DNA from: Oscillospiraceae bacterium
Lineage (GTDB): Bacteria > Bacillota > Clostridia > Oscillospirales > Oscillospiraceae
Length of the DNA: 52,525 nucleotides
Direction: 5' to 3'
NCBI GenBank assembly: GCA_021205585.1
Contig: JAJPXI010000207.1
Span: 1-52,525 of the forward strand
Shown here: positions 26,306-37,045 of the stretch, in pieces
Layout: every line of letters begins with the position of its first letter
Position numbering within the stretch: the first letter of the stretch is position 1
Translations under genes and position numbers: made by a program
The notes under the pieces: generated by a model
Databases searched by the model: none
The model's input: the letters and a program-made list of their open reading frames with translations, nothing else
Told to the model about the DNA's origin: nothing

Positions 26306-26817
26306 TGCAGTTGCAGGATGTATGGGATTATAAGAATCAGTTGATGGAAGATTTGCTGATGCACAAAGAGATTGTGAATCTTATCAACGAGGATATGACC
26401 TTAGAGCAGGCTCGTGATAGCGAGACGGGCCTGGCTTATACACAAATCTTCCCATACGAGTATGTCCCCAAGACGATCCAGGATGGCCATACATATGTTT
26501 GCTTCGATGTGGATGTGACGTCTGTAACCAACAAGACGTATCTCGCCCCGGTGCTTTATATCTGGGTATTTACTCATATTAGCAGGCTGCGACTTCCGAA
26601 TGGACGCGGTGTCCGTCCGGATGCGCTATGCAGCGAGATATGCAAGGCTATCAACGGCAGTATGTATTATGGATTGGGTGCACTGGATTTGTATTCTGTC
26701 AAACGGTTTTCACCGATGAGTGAGTACAACGGCAAGCTCATGACCTTCTATATGACTGAGTTCAACCGTCCATACGACGGAAGGAAGCCTATCCCGGCGA
26801 ACCGAAAGACCGGATGA
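26305..26817 (+). CDS. Hypothetical neck / tail-completion-position protein
   Basis: ATG 26305 overlaps the TAA of the previous gene (TAATG). Confidence 0.5.
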   Translation: MQLQDVWDYKNQLMEDLLMHKEIVNLINEDMTLEQARDSETGLAYTQIFPYEYVPKTIQDGHTYVCFDVDVTSVTNKTYLAPVLYIWVFTHISRLRLPNGRGVRPDALCSEICKAINGSMYYGLGALDLYSVKRFSPMSEYNGKLMTFYMTEFNRPYDGRKPIPANRKTG

Positions 26818-26818
26818 T

Positions 26819-27544
26819 ATGTCAACATTAAAACTGCTCTACGAAACTTCGTATCCAATCAATGACTTTATCCACGTCAAGATTCCGACAGTTGGAGAAG
26901 TTTTAGACCATGAGGACGATTACTATAGCCTTGTCTATCTTTTGACGGCTATGCCGATTGACTTGATGGTCATGCTGGACGATGCCGGGGTAGATTGGAC
27001 AACCGTGAATGAGTATGACGTTTTTCTTATGATGTTCACGGCGATGCAGGCGCAGGATACAAGTTTGGTTTTCGATAATCTGGATTTATCCAAATTTGCA
27101 ATGGCTGTCAATCAGCAGAACGGAAACGTGGTGCTGAGGGACGAGGCCAACAATATAACAATCGACCGTGCAATTCACGGTCAGGTAGCAAGGGTTTTGC
27201 GGCGCATCCACAATTTGAAGCAAGACCGCCGTAAGCCCGCCAACAAAGAAGCACGGGACTATATGCTTGAGCGGGCGCGAATTAAAGCTAAACGCAATCG
27301 TAACCGCAAACAGGAGTCCGAATTAGAGACCTTGATTGTTGCCATGGTCAACACACCGGAGTTTAAATACGACTTCGATGGCGTAAGAAACATGACTATC
27401 TTTCAGTTTAATGAGAGTGTGCAACAGGTGATTAAAAAGGTCGAGTACAACAACCGCATGATCGGCGTATACGCCGGGACTGTGAGTACAAAAAATCTGA
27501 GCCAGGACGATTTGAACTGGCTCACCCATAAACAGCGAAGGTGA
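26819..27544 (+). CDS. Hypothetical protein with a basic central region
   Basis: ATG lies 1 nt after the previous stop. Confidence 0.55.
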   Translation: MSTLKLLYETSYPINDFIHVKIPTVGEVLDHEDDYYSLVYLLTAMPIDLMVMLDDAGVDWTTVNEYDVFLMMFTAMQAQDTSLVFDNLDLSKFAMAVNQQNGNVVLRDEANNITIDRAIHGQVARVLRRIHNLKQDRRKPANKEARDYMLERARIKAKRNRNRKQESELETLIVAMVNTPEFKYDFDGVRNMTIFQFNESVQQVIKKVEYNNRMIGVYAGTVSTKNLSQDDLNWLTHKQRR

Positions 27545-27591
27545 TCTTCGCTTCAAAAATTTTTGAATTAGGAGGAATTAGGAGGTTTATT

Positions 27592-28389
27592 ATGAACATT
27601 GATTTCGCTGATATTGCGATTACCAGCGTAGAGACTGTTACTGCGTTCGATCTCTCTACCGGCGCGTGGAAGTTCACTCTGGACGAGCTGAGCAGTGTTT
27701 CTATTTCTCAGTCCGAAGAGACGACTGACATCACTGGTAAGCAGGGGCGCAAGCTTGCTAAGATCAAGAAGAACAAGACCGTCACCATCAGCGGTGAGAA
27801 CGGCTTGATTTCTGGTGGCCTGCTTGAGATGCAGACTGGTTCTGACCTGGAGAACACTACCACCGAGGTTATGTGGACCGACTATCTGACTGTGTCCAGC
27901 AACGCTGCCACAACCAGCTATACCGCCGTGGGTACGACCGGAGCTGAGATTATCAACCTGTATGTGAAGAACGCCGACGGCACTCTGGGGGACGAGCTGA
28001 CCCAGGGTTCTACCGCCACGAGCGGCGTGTTCACCTACACCCCGTCCAGCAAGAAGCTGGCCTTTAGCGGCGTGAGTGACGACACCGAGATCGTTGTGTT
28101 CTATAAGCGTCAGATTACCGCCGACGTTTTGGAGAACTACAGTGATACTTATTCCGGTACTTGTACTCTGTACATTGACGCTCTGGCCGAGGACACTTGT
28201 AACAACGTGTATCGCATCCAGTTCTATTTCCCCAGAGCCGACTTCAGCGGTGAGTTCTCCCTGGATATGGGCGACAGCCAGACTGTCCACTCTTTCGAGG
28301 TTGAGGCTCTGTCTGGTGGCTGTGGCGTGTCCAGCGGCCTGTACTTCACCTATACCATCTTTGGTGTTAATACCGAGGATGCGACCTAA
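27592..28389 (+). CDS. Major tail (tube) protein
   Basis: ATG 27592 follows a duplicated AGGAGG. 265 aa, Thr/Ser/Gly-rich, upstream of the chaperone-position and tape-measure genes. Confidence 0.7.
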   Translation: MNIDFADIAITSVETVTAFDLSTGAWKFTLDELSSVSISQSEETTDITGKQGRKLAKIKKNKTVTISGENGLISGGLLEMQTGSDLENTTTEVMWTDYLTVSSNAATTSYTAVGTTGAEIINLYVKNADGTLGDELTQGSTATSGVFTYTPSSKKLAFSGVSDDTEIVVFYKRQITADVLENYSDTYSGTCTLYIDALAEDTCNNVYRIQFYFPRADFSGEFSLDMGDSQTVHSFEVEALSGGCGVSSGLYFTYTIFGVNTEDAT

Positions 28390-28404
28390 TCAATAAAGGA
28401 CTAA

Positions 28405-28447
28405 GAGAGTCCGCCGCCAATTAACGCGGCGGCTCTCCGCTTTGTAA
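28405..28447 (+). terminator. Stem-loop terminator after the major tail gene
   Basis: gagag(t)ccgccgc / gcggcggctctc, a 12-bp stem with one bulge, followed by ccgctttgt. Confidence 0.5.
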
Positions 28448-28472
28448 GCCTATGGTTGGAGGTGAGGGAGAC

Positions 28473-28838
28473 ATGGCAAAAGGAATGCTGAAATGCAAAG
28501 TGTGCGGCAAGATGTATGAAGCGTGCCACACTGAGCACAAAGCGGACGGTATATTCCGCTGGAACGAAGTAGCGTGTTGCCCAGAGCATGGCGCTATCTA
28601 TTTGGAGCAGATTCTGGCGTCTCGCGCCGGTACTACGGAAACTACCGAGGAGACCGTTTCCACTGCGGAAACATCTCAGGTGGATACTGCCGAGACCGCA
28701 GAGGTGATCGTTGAGGAAGTAACCGAGGCAGTGGTCGAGGAGACCGCCGAGGTGACGACTCCCACAAAGAAGACTCGCTCCGCCAAATCTTCTGCGAAAG
28801 CCTCCTCGGCAGAGGAGACAGAGACCGCAGATGAATAA
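28473..28838 (+). CDS. Small zinc-finger protein with a Thr/Glu/Ala-rich tail
   Basis: ATG 28473 follows GGAGGTGAGGGAG. Contains CKVCGKMYEACH...CCPEHG. Confidence 0.6.
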   Translation: MAKGMLKCKVCGKMYEACHTEHKADGIFRWNEVACCPEHGAIYLEQILASRAGTTETTEETVSTAETSQVDTAETAEVIVEEVTEAVVEETAEVTTPTKKTRSAKSSAKASSAEETETADE

Positions 28839-28896
28839 GCTATGGGCCGTATCTCGCTTTGAGGTGCGGCCCATTTTGCATATTGAAGGAGGGAAC

Positions 28897-29349
28897 ATGG
28901 GCAGGACAAAGTACAATGTGGGCAAGGATACCAGCAAGCGCACCTATAACGGGATCGTCTTTGATTCTGAATTGGAGATGAAGTATTACAGGGATGTGGT
29001 TCTGCCCGGTGTGGAGTCCGGTGAGATTGTAGCCTATGAGTTGCAAAAGGCATACGAGCTGCAACCTAAGTTTGAGTATAACGGGAAGCGTGTGCGCCCG
29101 ATTACATATGTAGCAGATTTTTACATTGTTTACAACGGCGGGAAAGAAGCCGTGATCGACACAAAGGGATATACCACTCCCAATGCACAGCTGAAGCGGA
29201 AGATGTTTTGGTACCACTACCCAGAGCTGGACTATCAATGGATTGGGTATTCCAAAATCGACGGCGGGTTTGTGCCGTATGAGTACATCAAAAAACAGCG
29301 TGCGATTCGGAAGAGGAATAAAGCACGCCAAGAGTTAAAGGAGAGTTAA
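28897..29349 (+). CDS. DUF1064-type (PD-(D/E)XK-like) nuclease-fold protein
   Basis: ATG 28897 follows GAAGGAGGG. TYNGIVFDSELEMKYYRDV...ITYVADFYIVY...VIDTKG matches the DUF1064 pattern as I recall it. Confidence 0.65.
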   Translation: MGRTKYNVGKDTSKRTYNGIVFDSELEMKYYRDVVLPGVESGEIVAYELQKAYELQPKFEYNGKRVRPITYVADFYIVYNGGKEAVIDTKGYTTPNAQLKRKMFWYHYPELDYQWIGYSKIDGGFVPYEYIKKQRAIRKRNKARQELKES

Positions 29350-29352
29350 CTT

Positions 29353-29952
29353 ATGGAAAATGAAAATGTGACAGCCCAGGAATTGCTGGAAGTTATTAAG
29401 GATACCGAGCAGACGACCACCATCGACTATTGCGGGATGAAGATTCAGGTAAAAAACTACCTCTTCCCTGCCGATATGTTCGGGTTTGTGAGCGATGTAG
29501 TGTCTCTGTGTTTTGACGAGGACACCGGGGCGTATCACCCGGATGTCAAAGACTTTGCGATCCGGTGCGAGACCATTGAGAAATATACCGGAATTAAACT
29601 ACCGGACGACATGGACGAGCGGTGCAGGCTGGCGTATGAGTCGAAACTTGTGGACGCGATTGAGGACGTCGCAGATTTTAAACAGATGAACGCAATCCAT
29701 ATTGCGATTAACAGCGCATTGCAACACAAGGCAAGCCAGAGCATCGAGCAGCTGAATTTGCGGATGGGCGCTATCGCCTCCGCGTTTGAGGAGCTGGAGA
29801 ATAAGCTGACCGATATGTTCAGCGGCGTGGATACCGGCGATCTGGCGAAGCTGACGCAGGTTGTGGCGAACGGCGGATTTGACGAGGGCCGTCTTGTGGA
29901 CGAGTTTGTAAAACGCAGGAATGATACCAAAGGTGGTACCGTTGAAGGTTGA
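29353..29952 (+). CDS. Putative tail assembly chaperone (by position)
   Basis: AAGGAG SD; an acidic 199-aa protein between the tail tube and tape-measure genes. Confidence 0.5.
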   Translation: MENENVTAQELLEVIKDTEQTTTIDYCGMKIQVKNYLFPADMFGFVSDVVSLCFDEDTGAYHPDVKDFAIRCETIEKYTGIKLPDDMDERCRLAYESKLVDAIEDVADFKQMNAIHIAINSALQHKASQSIEQLNLRMGAIASAFEELENKLTDMFSGVDTGDLAKLTQVVANGGFDEGRLVDEFVKRRNDTKGGTVEG

Positions 29953-29953
29953 T

Positions 29954-30493
29954 ATGGACGCCATCCTCAAGAAGGCGCAAACATATCTGGATAGCTCAGA
30001 GGGACAGAAACAAATCCAGCAGGCGGCTCGCGGCGCGATTATGGGGAATGTTACCTTTCAAACGGCCAGTGGGCATGGATACAGTATTCGGCAGGCGGCC
30101 AATAAATTCATTGAGACGCTGAGAGGTTCTATCGCCGCCTCTGGTCTCAGCGCCGGTGTCGCCTCTGCTCTGAACGAAATTGAGTATGACGCACCGGTTG
30201 ACAATGGAGACGGTACATTTTCCATCAACATACATTTTGTTGGCAATCTAAAGCGCAAGTCACTGTACGACGAGGAATATCCAGAGGGTGTGGACAATCT
30301 TGCTGCACTGTACAACAACGGCGTAGATCACATGATGAGTCCAGTATACGGCACCTGGCACGGTGAGCTTGCACATAGCCGGACGGTTATCCCAGGTTTG
30401 CATTTTATCGAACAGGCAAAGCAATCCTTTATGGCGGCGGATGCCGCCAAGTACGGAGTGATTGATATTCAGCTCGGCGACGATTACAAGTAG
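29954..30493 (+). CDS. Hypothetical tail-module protein
   Basis: ATG 29954 lies 1 nt after the previous TGA and has a GAAGG SD. Track ORF 29921..30493 is in the same frame. Confidence 0.5.
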   Translation: MDAILKKAQTYLDSSEGQKQIQQAARGAIMGNVTFQTASGHGYSIRQAANKFIETLRGSIAASGLSAGVASALNEIEYDAPVDNGDGTFSINIHFVGNLKRKSLYDEEYPEGVDNLAALYNNGVDHMMSPVYGTWHGELAHSRTVIPGLHFIEQAKQSFMAADAAKYGVIDIQLGDDYK

Positions 30494-30527
30494 TCCCGGG
30501 CGCTTTCTTTTATAGGGAGGTGACATT

Positions 30528-32020
30528 TTGGCAACTGATTCTTCGCAAATACAACTGGTTGTGGGCGTAGACCAGAGTGCGAGTTTAAAGAATTTTAAAG
30601 ATGGAGTCAATGCTCTAATTGCGGAGGTAAACAAAGACCCGCCCAAAATCAAGGTGGAAATCGACACTGGTTCTGCCAAGTCAATCAAATCACAAATTGA
30701 TTCTGCGCTGAAAACTGCCAGCTCCGGTGGCACCTCTCTTGGGACGCAGTTTAAGTCGGCGACGACGGAAGTCCAGAAGCTGGTATCCACGCTCGGCAGC
30801 CTGGATGATAAGAGTTTGGGGCAGCTAACGTCCACACTGAGCAGCTTTGAGAATATATCCGCCGATGGAGCGAAGCAACTTGTCGCAGCGCTAAGCAATG
30901 TTAGTGGTAAAGTGACTGATGTCACGGCCAAGGTGAGAACGCTTGCAGATGGAGAGCGGCAGCTTGACTCCGTCACAGTGAAGGCTGTGGATGATTTTGG
31001 CAACATAGTCACACAGACCTCTAAGTGGAACGCAAAAACAAAGGAAGTATCCAGCACATTAGAGACCGTACACGCGAAAATGGATGCGACCGCGAAGGCT
31101 CAGGAGACGGCGACTGCGGCTACGAGCAAAAATACGAATACGACTCAGCAGAATGTAGCAGTTGAGAAAAGTTATATCAGCGTGCTATCCAATTGCAATT
31201 CCTTTTTAGAGCGGTATACGGCGGCAAAGAACAGTCACAATTCAAGTAGTCGCGCTGCGTACACAACTGTCGAGCAGGAGAAATCTGCTATGGAGGCTGC
31301 GTACAGCGCATATAAAACCGGCGCTCTTTCTTTGGAAGCGTTCAAGAATGCGATCAATAACACATCGGTCAAGATAAGAGAAAATACAGTTTTACTAAAG
31401 GCGAATGGTGACGCAACGAAAACTCTGGTCGGGCGCGTATCTGATTTAGCTGCCAAATTTAGCTCGTGGTTCTCCGCATATACAATTGTAATCAATATGA
31501 TGAAAGCCATGAAGTCTTTGGCGTCTGCCTCTGTCGAGATCGAAGACGCAATGGCTCAGATCCAGATTGTCACCGGGGCGACGGACTCACAGTTGACCAA
31601 GTTTCTGTCCGAGGCTATCGACCTCGCCAAAGAGTTGGGACAGTCTGTGACCGATGTGGCCTCCGCGATCGAGACGTTCTCCCGTTTGGGCTACAGTTTC
31701 GATGAAGCGTCTGAGCTGGCTGAGTACGCCACGATTCTGGCAAACGTAGCCGATACGGATGTTGACACGGCTACGACAGGTCTGACTTCAATTATCAAAG
31801 GCTACAGTCTGGAGGCTTCTGACGCGGAGCATATCGCCGATGTGCTTGTCACAGTCGGTCAGGAGTACGCCATCTCTGCCGAAGAATTGATGGAAGCATT
31901 TGAGCGCGGCGGCGCTGCCTTAGCTGCAACTGGCGCGACAGTGGAACAGAGTGCTGGTTTGTTTGCGGCGACCAATGCTGCGTTGCAGGATGCTTCGACG
32001 ACTGGTACGATGTGGAAGAC
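30528..32020 (+). CDS. Tail tape-measure protein, exon 1
   Basis: TTG start after GGGAGGTGA. The sequence runs into the conserved TMP core, ending ...AATNAALQDASTTGTMWK(T). The track ORF continues only 7 more codons to TAG 32040. Confidence 0.8.
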
Positions 32021-32530
32021 AAACTACTGTCTTTGTGTATAGAAATATGCGCATAGAACATATTTAATTGCAGGTAACGCCTAAAGCCTTACACCACAAT
32101 AGTCGGGAAACCAGATTATGACGGGGCGAAAGCGGAAACAACGTAAGGATGGCATATGGCCAAAAGCCTAAGTGCCAAGTTTACTAATTTGTATAAATTA
32201 GAAATGGCTGTTCGTGCAGCGAAGCACCCTAACGTATCCCACAGACCATGTGGTACTTAGCCGAGGGTGAACGTTCAACGACTATCCCCCTGTCGGGGCG
32301 TAGAAATATCCGTCTTGGATTATCAAATAAGGGTGGAAATCCCGAATATCTGCGCCAATAGGAGTACGGCACAATCGCAAAGGTGTTGGTGAGAACCCAT
32401 TAAACGGAAAAGGTATGCTTGCTGCTTGTGAAAGCGTGAGTAAGAAATAGTCTCCTCTCCATGTGAAAGCATGGGTATTATGAAATTGATTCGTAGTAGA
32501 TGCGTGTTGCGAACGCATTTAAGATATATG
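32021..32530 (+). mobile_element. Group I intron 1a in the tape-measure gene (about 510 nt, no credible ORF)
   Basis: P1 is gaagac (32015-32020) with gtcttt (32029-32034). P10 is agta (32531-32534) with tact (32025-32028), adjacent. P-like aattgcagg at 32066, R-like cgttcaacgactatc at 32271-32285, S-like aagaaatagtc at 32442-32452. A P9-like hairpin ccatg-tgaaag-catgg and a hairpin atgcgt-gttgcga-acgcat follow, and the intron ends ...gatatatG. The 5' boundary has C rather than U at -1. Confidence 0.65.
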
Positions 32531-32552
32531 AGTAAGTGCAAGGATTCGGGGT
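32531..32552 (+). CDS. Tape-measure micro-exon (22 nt, completes the Thr codon then encodes VSARIRG)
   Basis: a|gta agt gca agg att cgg ggt supplies exactly the x-S-x-R-x-R-G segment missing between GTMWKT (exon 1) and ATTELDELGE (next exon). A TGA at 32529-32531 lies immediately upstream in the same frame. Confidence 0.6.
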
Positions 32553-32882
32553 CAACATAAATGTGCCCAGCAAACAGAAATGTTTGTACAGCCTCCTTGT
32601 AAAACAAAGGCTGCTCAATAACTATATAAGTCAAAACGCTGTGGGAAGCGCAAGACTTAGGAAAGACTGTGAATACAGAATCCTCAGAGACTGCGGGGTG
32701 TATGTGGCAACACATATGCTGAAGTTATTCTCCCTGCCTATTTTGGCGAGAGTGATATACAGTCCGATCTCACGATATAATCCCACATAATATGAAACGT
32801 GAGAGCTGGCCGGAAACGACCAGCCGCCATGCGAAATACATGGTCAGTAGTCGTGCTAATTCCGACGAAAGTAACAGTTATG
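32553..32882 (+). mobile_element. Group I-like intron 1b in the tape-measure gene (about 330 nt); 3' boundary uncertain
   Basis: P1 is gggT (32549-32552) with Gccc (32565-32568), giving U.G. A GAAA-capped hairpin caaaca-gaaa-tgtttg is present. P7-like pairing is gactgt (32665-32670) with acagtc (32759-32764), inside the S-like gatatacagtcc. 3' hairpins are ctcacg/cgtgag, gctgg..ccagc and ccatg..catgg. In-frame G-terminated 3' sites exist at 32831, 32864, 32867 and 32882. Protein consensus favours 32882 (RIRG|ATTELDE). Confidence 0.5.
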
Positions 32883-35800
32883 GCCACTACAGAATTAGAC
32901 GAGCTTGGCGAGTCCTCCGAGGATTGTGCTGACGGCATTTCTAAATATCGGGAAGAAGTCAAGGCTCTAACCGGCGTTGACATCATGATTGACGACAACA
33001 CCTACAGAGATGTCTATGACATTTTCGTTGATATTGCGAATGTTTGGAATGACCTGAGTGATACAGCACAGGCTCGTGTGTCCGAAATTTTGGGCGGCAC
33101 AAGGCAGCTCTCTGGTGTGTCCTCTACTATTACAAATATTGCGGACGCTATAGGCGCATATGAGAGCGCAATGGATTCCGCCGGGGCCGCAACTGAGGCC
33201 AACGACATCTACATGGAGACGACCACCGCTCATATTGCACAGCTGAACGCGGCGACGCAGGAGCTTGGCAGTGACCTGTTCAATCAAGATATGTTCAAGA
33301 CCTTTTTTGACGGTGCGACAAAAGCTATAGAAGCTATTGATGTTCTTGTTAGCCACATGGGAATGATCGGTACCGGAGGACTTGCCGGGCTTGCCGCAGG
33401 TTTCAAAAGTATATTTTCATCCGCCAGCAATTTTTCTAAACAATTGAGTGACGTTTCAAGCATAGCTAATAGCATCGGGACTGCTACTACATGGGCAGCT
33501 AATTATGCAGATGCTATCGAAGGATGCAACGACGCGACAAAGAACTTGCTGTTGTCAAGCGGCGGGTTGAGTACGCAACAGCAGACGCTTGTTCAAAATA
33601 TTTTAAAGGCGCGGACGGGCATATCCAACCTTACGGCCGCAGAGGTAATGGACGAGCTTACAAAGCAGGGGCTAATCACCGCCGAAGAGACAGAAACGGT
33701 GATGAAAGAACTCAACATTACTAAAACCCAAAAGCTAACAGAGTCTCAGCTTACTGCGGCGTATGCTTCCGGAACTCTAACAGAATCGCAGTACAATACC
33801 GCGATGGCGTTAGTCGCCGAGTCAACGGCGGCGGCCAAAGCCACAACTTCGACGACATCTTTTTCGACCGCGATTAAAGGCGCAATGGCGACTAACCCCG
33901 TCGGCTGGATTATGTTGATTGTCAGCACTTTGGTATCGCTATACAGTATTGTTAAAAATAATACGGATTTATTCAGTACCACGTCTGAAAGGTTAGAGAA
34001 GCTACAGTCCGATCTGGAAGAGCTGGAGGAGACCATTGACTCCGCCGCATCCTCTTTTAAAGAATTGCGGGAGACGTTAGAACTCGATTCTGACGCAACT
34101 GTCATTGACGAATTCGCGGAGCTTGCCAAAGGTGTTAATCAGTTTGGTGAAAATGTTGACCTAACAGAAGATGAGTATGAGAGATTTACGGAACTGCAAA
34201 GCACACTTGCCGAGTTATTCCCGTCCATAGACAACGGGTTAAACTCAAATGGAGAGCAGATGCTGGCACTGTCCTACTCTTCCGATACATTGGCCGAGTC
34301 GTTATATGCGTTGGCGGATGCGGAGCTTGCGGCGTATCAGCAAGAAATAGCTGATACCATGCCAGACCTTGTAAAAGACATCGCAAAAGAGACTAAGATA
34401 TACCAGAACCAATTGTCCGATTTGGAAGATCAGTATACCGTCTTGACCGCACTAAGTAGCGGGTATGCCAATTATTCAGACGTTGGTCGAATGATGCCAT
34501 ATCAAGATGTTGCTGACTTATTAGAATCGTATGGATTGTCGGCCTCTCAAGATATTTATGGGATGTCTGTTGATCTGAATACAGACGAGGCTCTGGCTGC
34601 ATATGAAAGTGCTTTGGCTACGCTCGAGCAGGAAATAAAGCAGGTAAACGACGAGGTAGCAGATGCTTGGACTGATTTAAACCCAGTTATTACATCGTGG
34701 CTTTCTACCGATTATACCTATAATGAGTTAAGTGACGAGATGCAGGATCTTCTCGCCTCTCTGATTGGAAATATTGATTTTTCGGAGCTTGGCTATGGCA
34801 CAGCAGATGACATCCAATCCTATATCAAGACCAATTTCTTAGTGCCAATTTATAACGCAAGTGATGAAGTACAGGAGGCTTGGAGCGATCTAATAGCGGT
34901 CGACACCTCTGATACCTCTTATTCCAAATTATACAACACAATTCACGAGTATGCTAATGTTGTAGCAGATGGCATTGGTCAAGACGTAGAGGATATTGTA
35001 TCTTCTCTGTACGGCGATACACTGGAAACGTACAATGATAAGATCATCGCTCTGACGGAGGAGTTCCAGGAGAGTTCGTTCTATGCGACCTCTGCGGCGG
35101 AGGATGCCGCTGAGAGTATGACCAGAGTATATAGCTTTTGGCTTAACAATCTGGAGGTTGGGGACCTCGACCTGGTGTATACTCTGTCCCTGCAAGAGGA
35201 CACCAGTGGCTGGACGTTACGGGATTGGCAGGATAATCTTGAGAAACTTCGTGAGTACACTGACGCGACCAACTTCACCATCGACATCGACGCGGAGACC
35301 GAGGGGCTTGAGGCTGTCAACACCGCTCTGGCTGAGACCGCATCGGCCACTGGTCTAACATCAGATTCTATTGAAACGCTCAAAGAGCGGTATCAGGACT
35401 TGGAGGACTTTGACGCAGACGCTCTGTTCGAGAACACGTCCTATGGTGTGCGGCTGAATACAACTGAGCTGAAGAAGCTGGAAGATGAGTATGAGGCCGT
35501 TATCAAAACCGGCTTTGATGAGAAGCTCGAAGAGCTGGCGGATGAGTATAACGAGGCCAAGAGCGAATTGTCCAGCTATCTGGGAGATGTGGACGCCTAC
35601 AACGAAAAGCTGTCCGAGCTGGACGCAATCGAGGCTCAGATTGAAGAGACTGAGATTCTCGCCTCCCAGTATGGAGCGCTGACCTCTGCGTATAACGAGT
35701 GGCAGAACGCCATGAATACCGACAACCAGCGGGATACCTATGAGTCCATCGGTGCAAGCTATGAGGATATGCAGGACATCCTGAACGCCGGGTGGTACAA

Positions 35801-37045
35801 TGATGATTCTTTACAGTCATACCTCGATCTGTTGCTCGGCGAGGAAAATCGCACTGGTGATGCCCTGAAGGATTTTGCTAAGCTCAGTGAGACCATCGCT
35901 GGGACAACGCACTCCATCATGGATTACTGGGCGTATGACGAGGACGGCAATCTGCTGTCCAACGGTCTGGTGGATTTTCTGGAAGATGTGCGCCAAGTCA
36001 TGGGCGAGGACTATGTTTGGCTTGACGAAGAAGGCAGTTATGTATTCGATCTGACGGGCGATAAGATACAGGAAGTCGCTGACCGGTTCGGTATGGGCAC
36101 GGAAGCCATTGAATATTTCATCACAGCCTTGGGGGATGTCAGCGGGACGGTTGCTCTTGAGGATATTAGTGATACGCTTGACCTAATTACGACCAGAGCT
36201 GAGGATGCGATTGCGACACTACAGGGCATTGAAGGGCTGACGGACTTTGAGTTCGATCTGAACACTTCGGACGTGGACGAACTCCAAGATGACCTGGCGG
36301 AAGCACAGCGGATTTACGACTCTATGTTGGATGAAAACGGCATTCTCAATTTGGATATAGAGGGTGCGGACGATGCATATGCTTTACCTTACGCTATCAA
36401 TCTTCAGATTCAGCAGATCGAGCAACCGGCCATTATGACCGTTGACACGTCGTCGTTCAAAGAGGGGTACGAGATTGTTGCGGACGCCGCCGCGAAGATT
36501 ATAGAATATGGCGAATTGGTAAGTCAGCTAAAGCTCTACGAATCTCTTGGTAAGGATACAACCGATATAGTCACGGATCTACAGGAGGTTTCCGCAGAGC
36601 TTTCTAATATCTCTAAAGACGCATATATCTCTCTCGGTCTTGATACAGAAACCATAGAGGAGATAAAGAGCATCACTTCTGAATGTTCTGTAGAGCTTGA
36701 TCAGGATAGCGTTGATGCCGTGATGGATATACTTGGCTCCATAGACGTTGACGATCTACCGCTTGAGTGCGATACCGATGCAGTCGAGGAAGCGTTTGAA
36801 TATTATGAGGAATATCAGTTTGGCGACAAAACTATCGTTGTGACGGTATCCGGCGGGGCGCTCAAAGACCTGCGGGTGATACAAAGCGTTGTAGACGATC
36901 TGTCCGGAGCAAGCATTGCGATAGGCACAGCATCGAATGCAGACGGTACTGCCCACGCCACTGGTACGGCCAAAGCCAGTGGGGATTGGAGCGTCGGGTC
37001 GAGCGGAGAGTCTCTGGGAGGAGAACTCGGACAAGAACTCGTGGT
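32883..37045 (+). CDS. Tail tape-measure protein, exon 3 (main body)
   Basis: In the frame of track ORF 32799..37067. ATTELDELGESSEDCADGISKYREEVKALTGVDIMIDDNTY...ILGGTRQ continues the TMP core, followed by long helical repeats. It ends ...GGELGQELV(V). Confidence 0.8.

Noticed and set aside
29900-29960. A programmed -1 frameshift joining 29353..29952 to 29921..30493, as in the classical tail chaperone G/GT pair
   Set aside because: The second ORF is in the +1 frame, not -1, relative to the first. I saw no X XXY YYZ slippery heptamer in the overlap. A separate ATG (29954) with an SD follows the stop directly.
32323-32790. ORFs inside TMP introns 1a/1b (32323..32715 minus, 130 aa; 32536..32790 plus, 84 aa) as possible homing endonucleases
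   Set aside because: I recognised no LAGLIDADG, GIY-YIG, HNH or PD-(D/E)XK motifs and no SD. The plus-strand ORF spans the micro-exon/intron boundary and the intron core elements. They are likely chance ORFs or, at most, decayed remnants.
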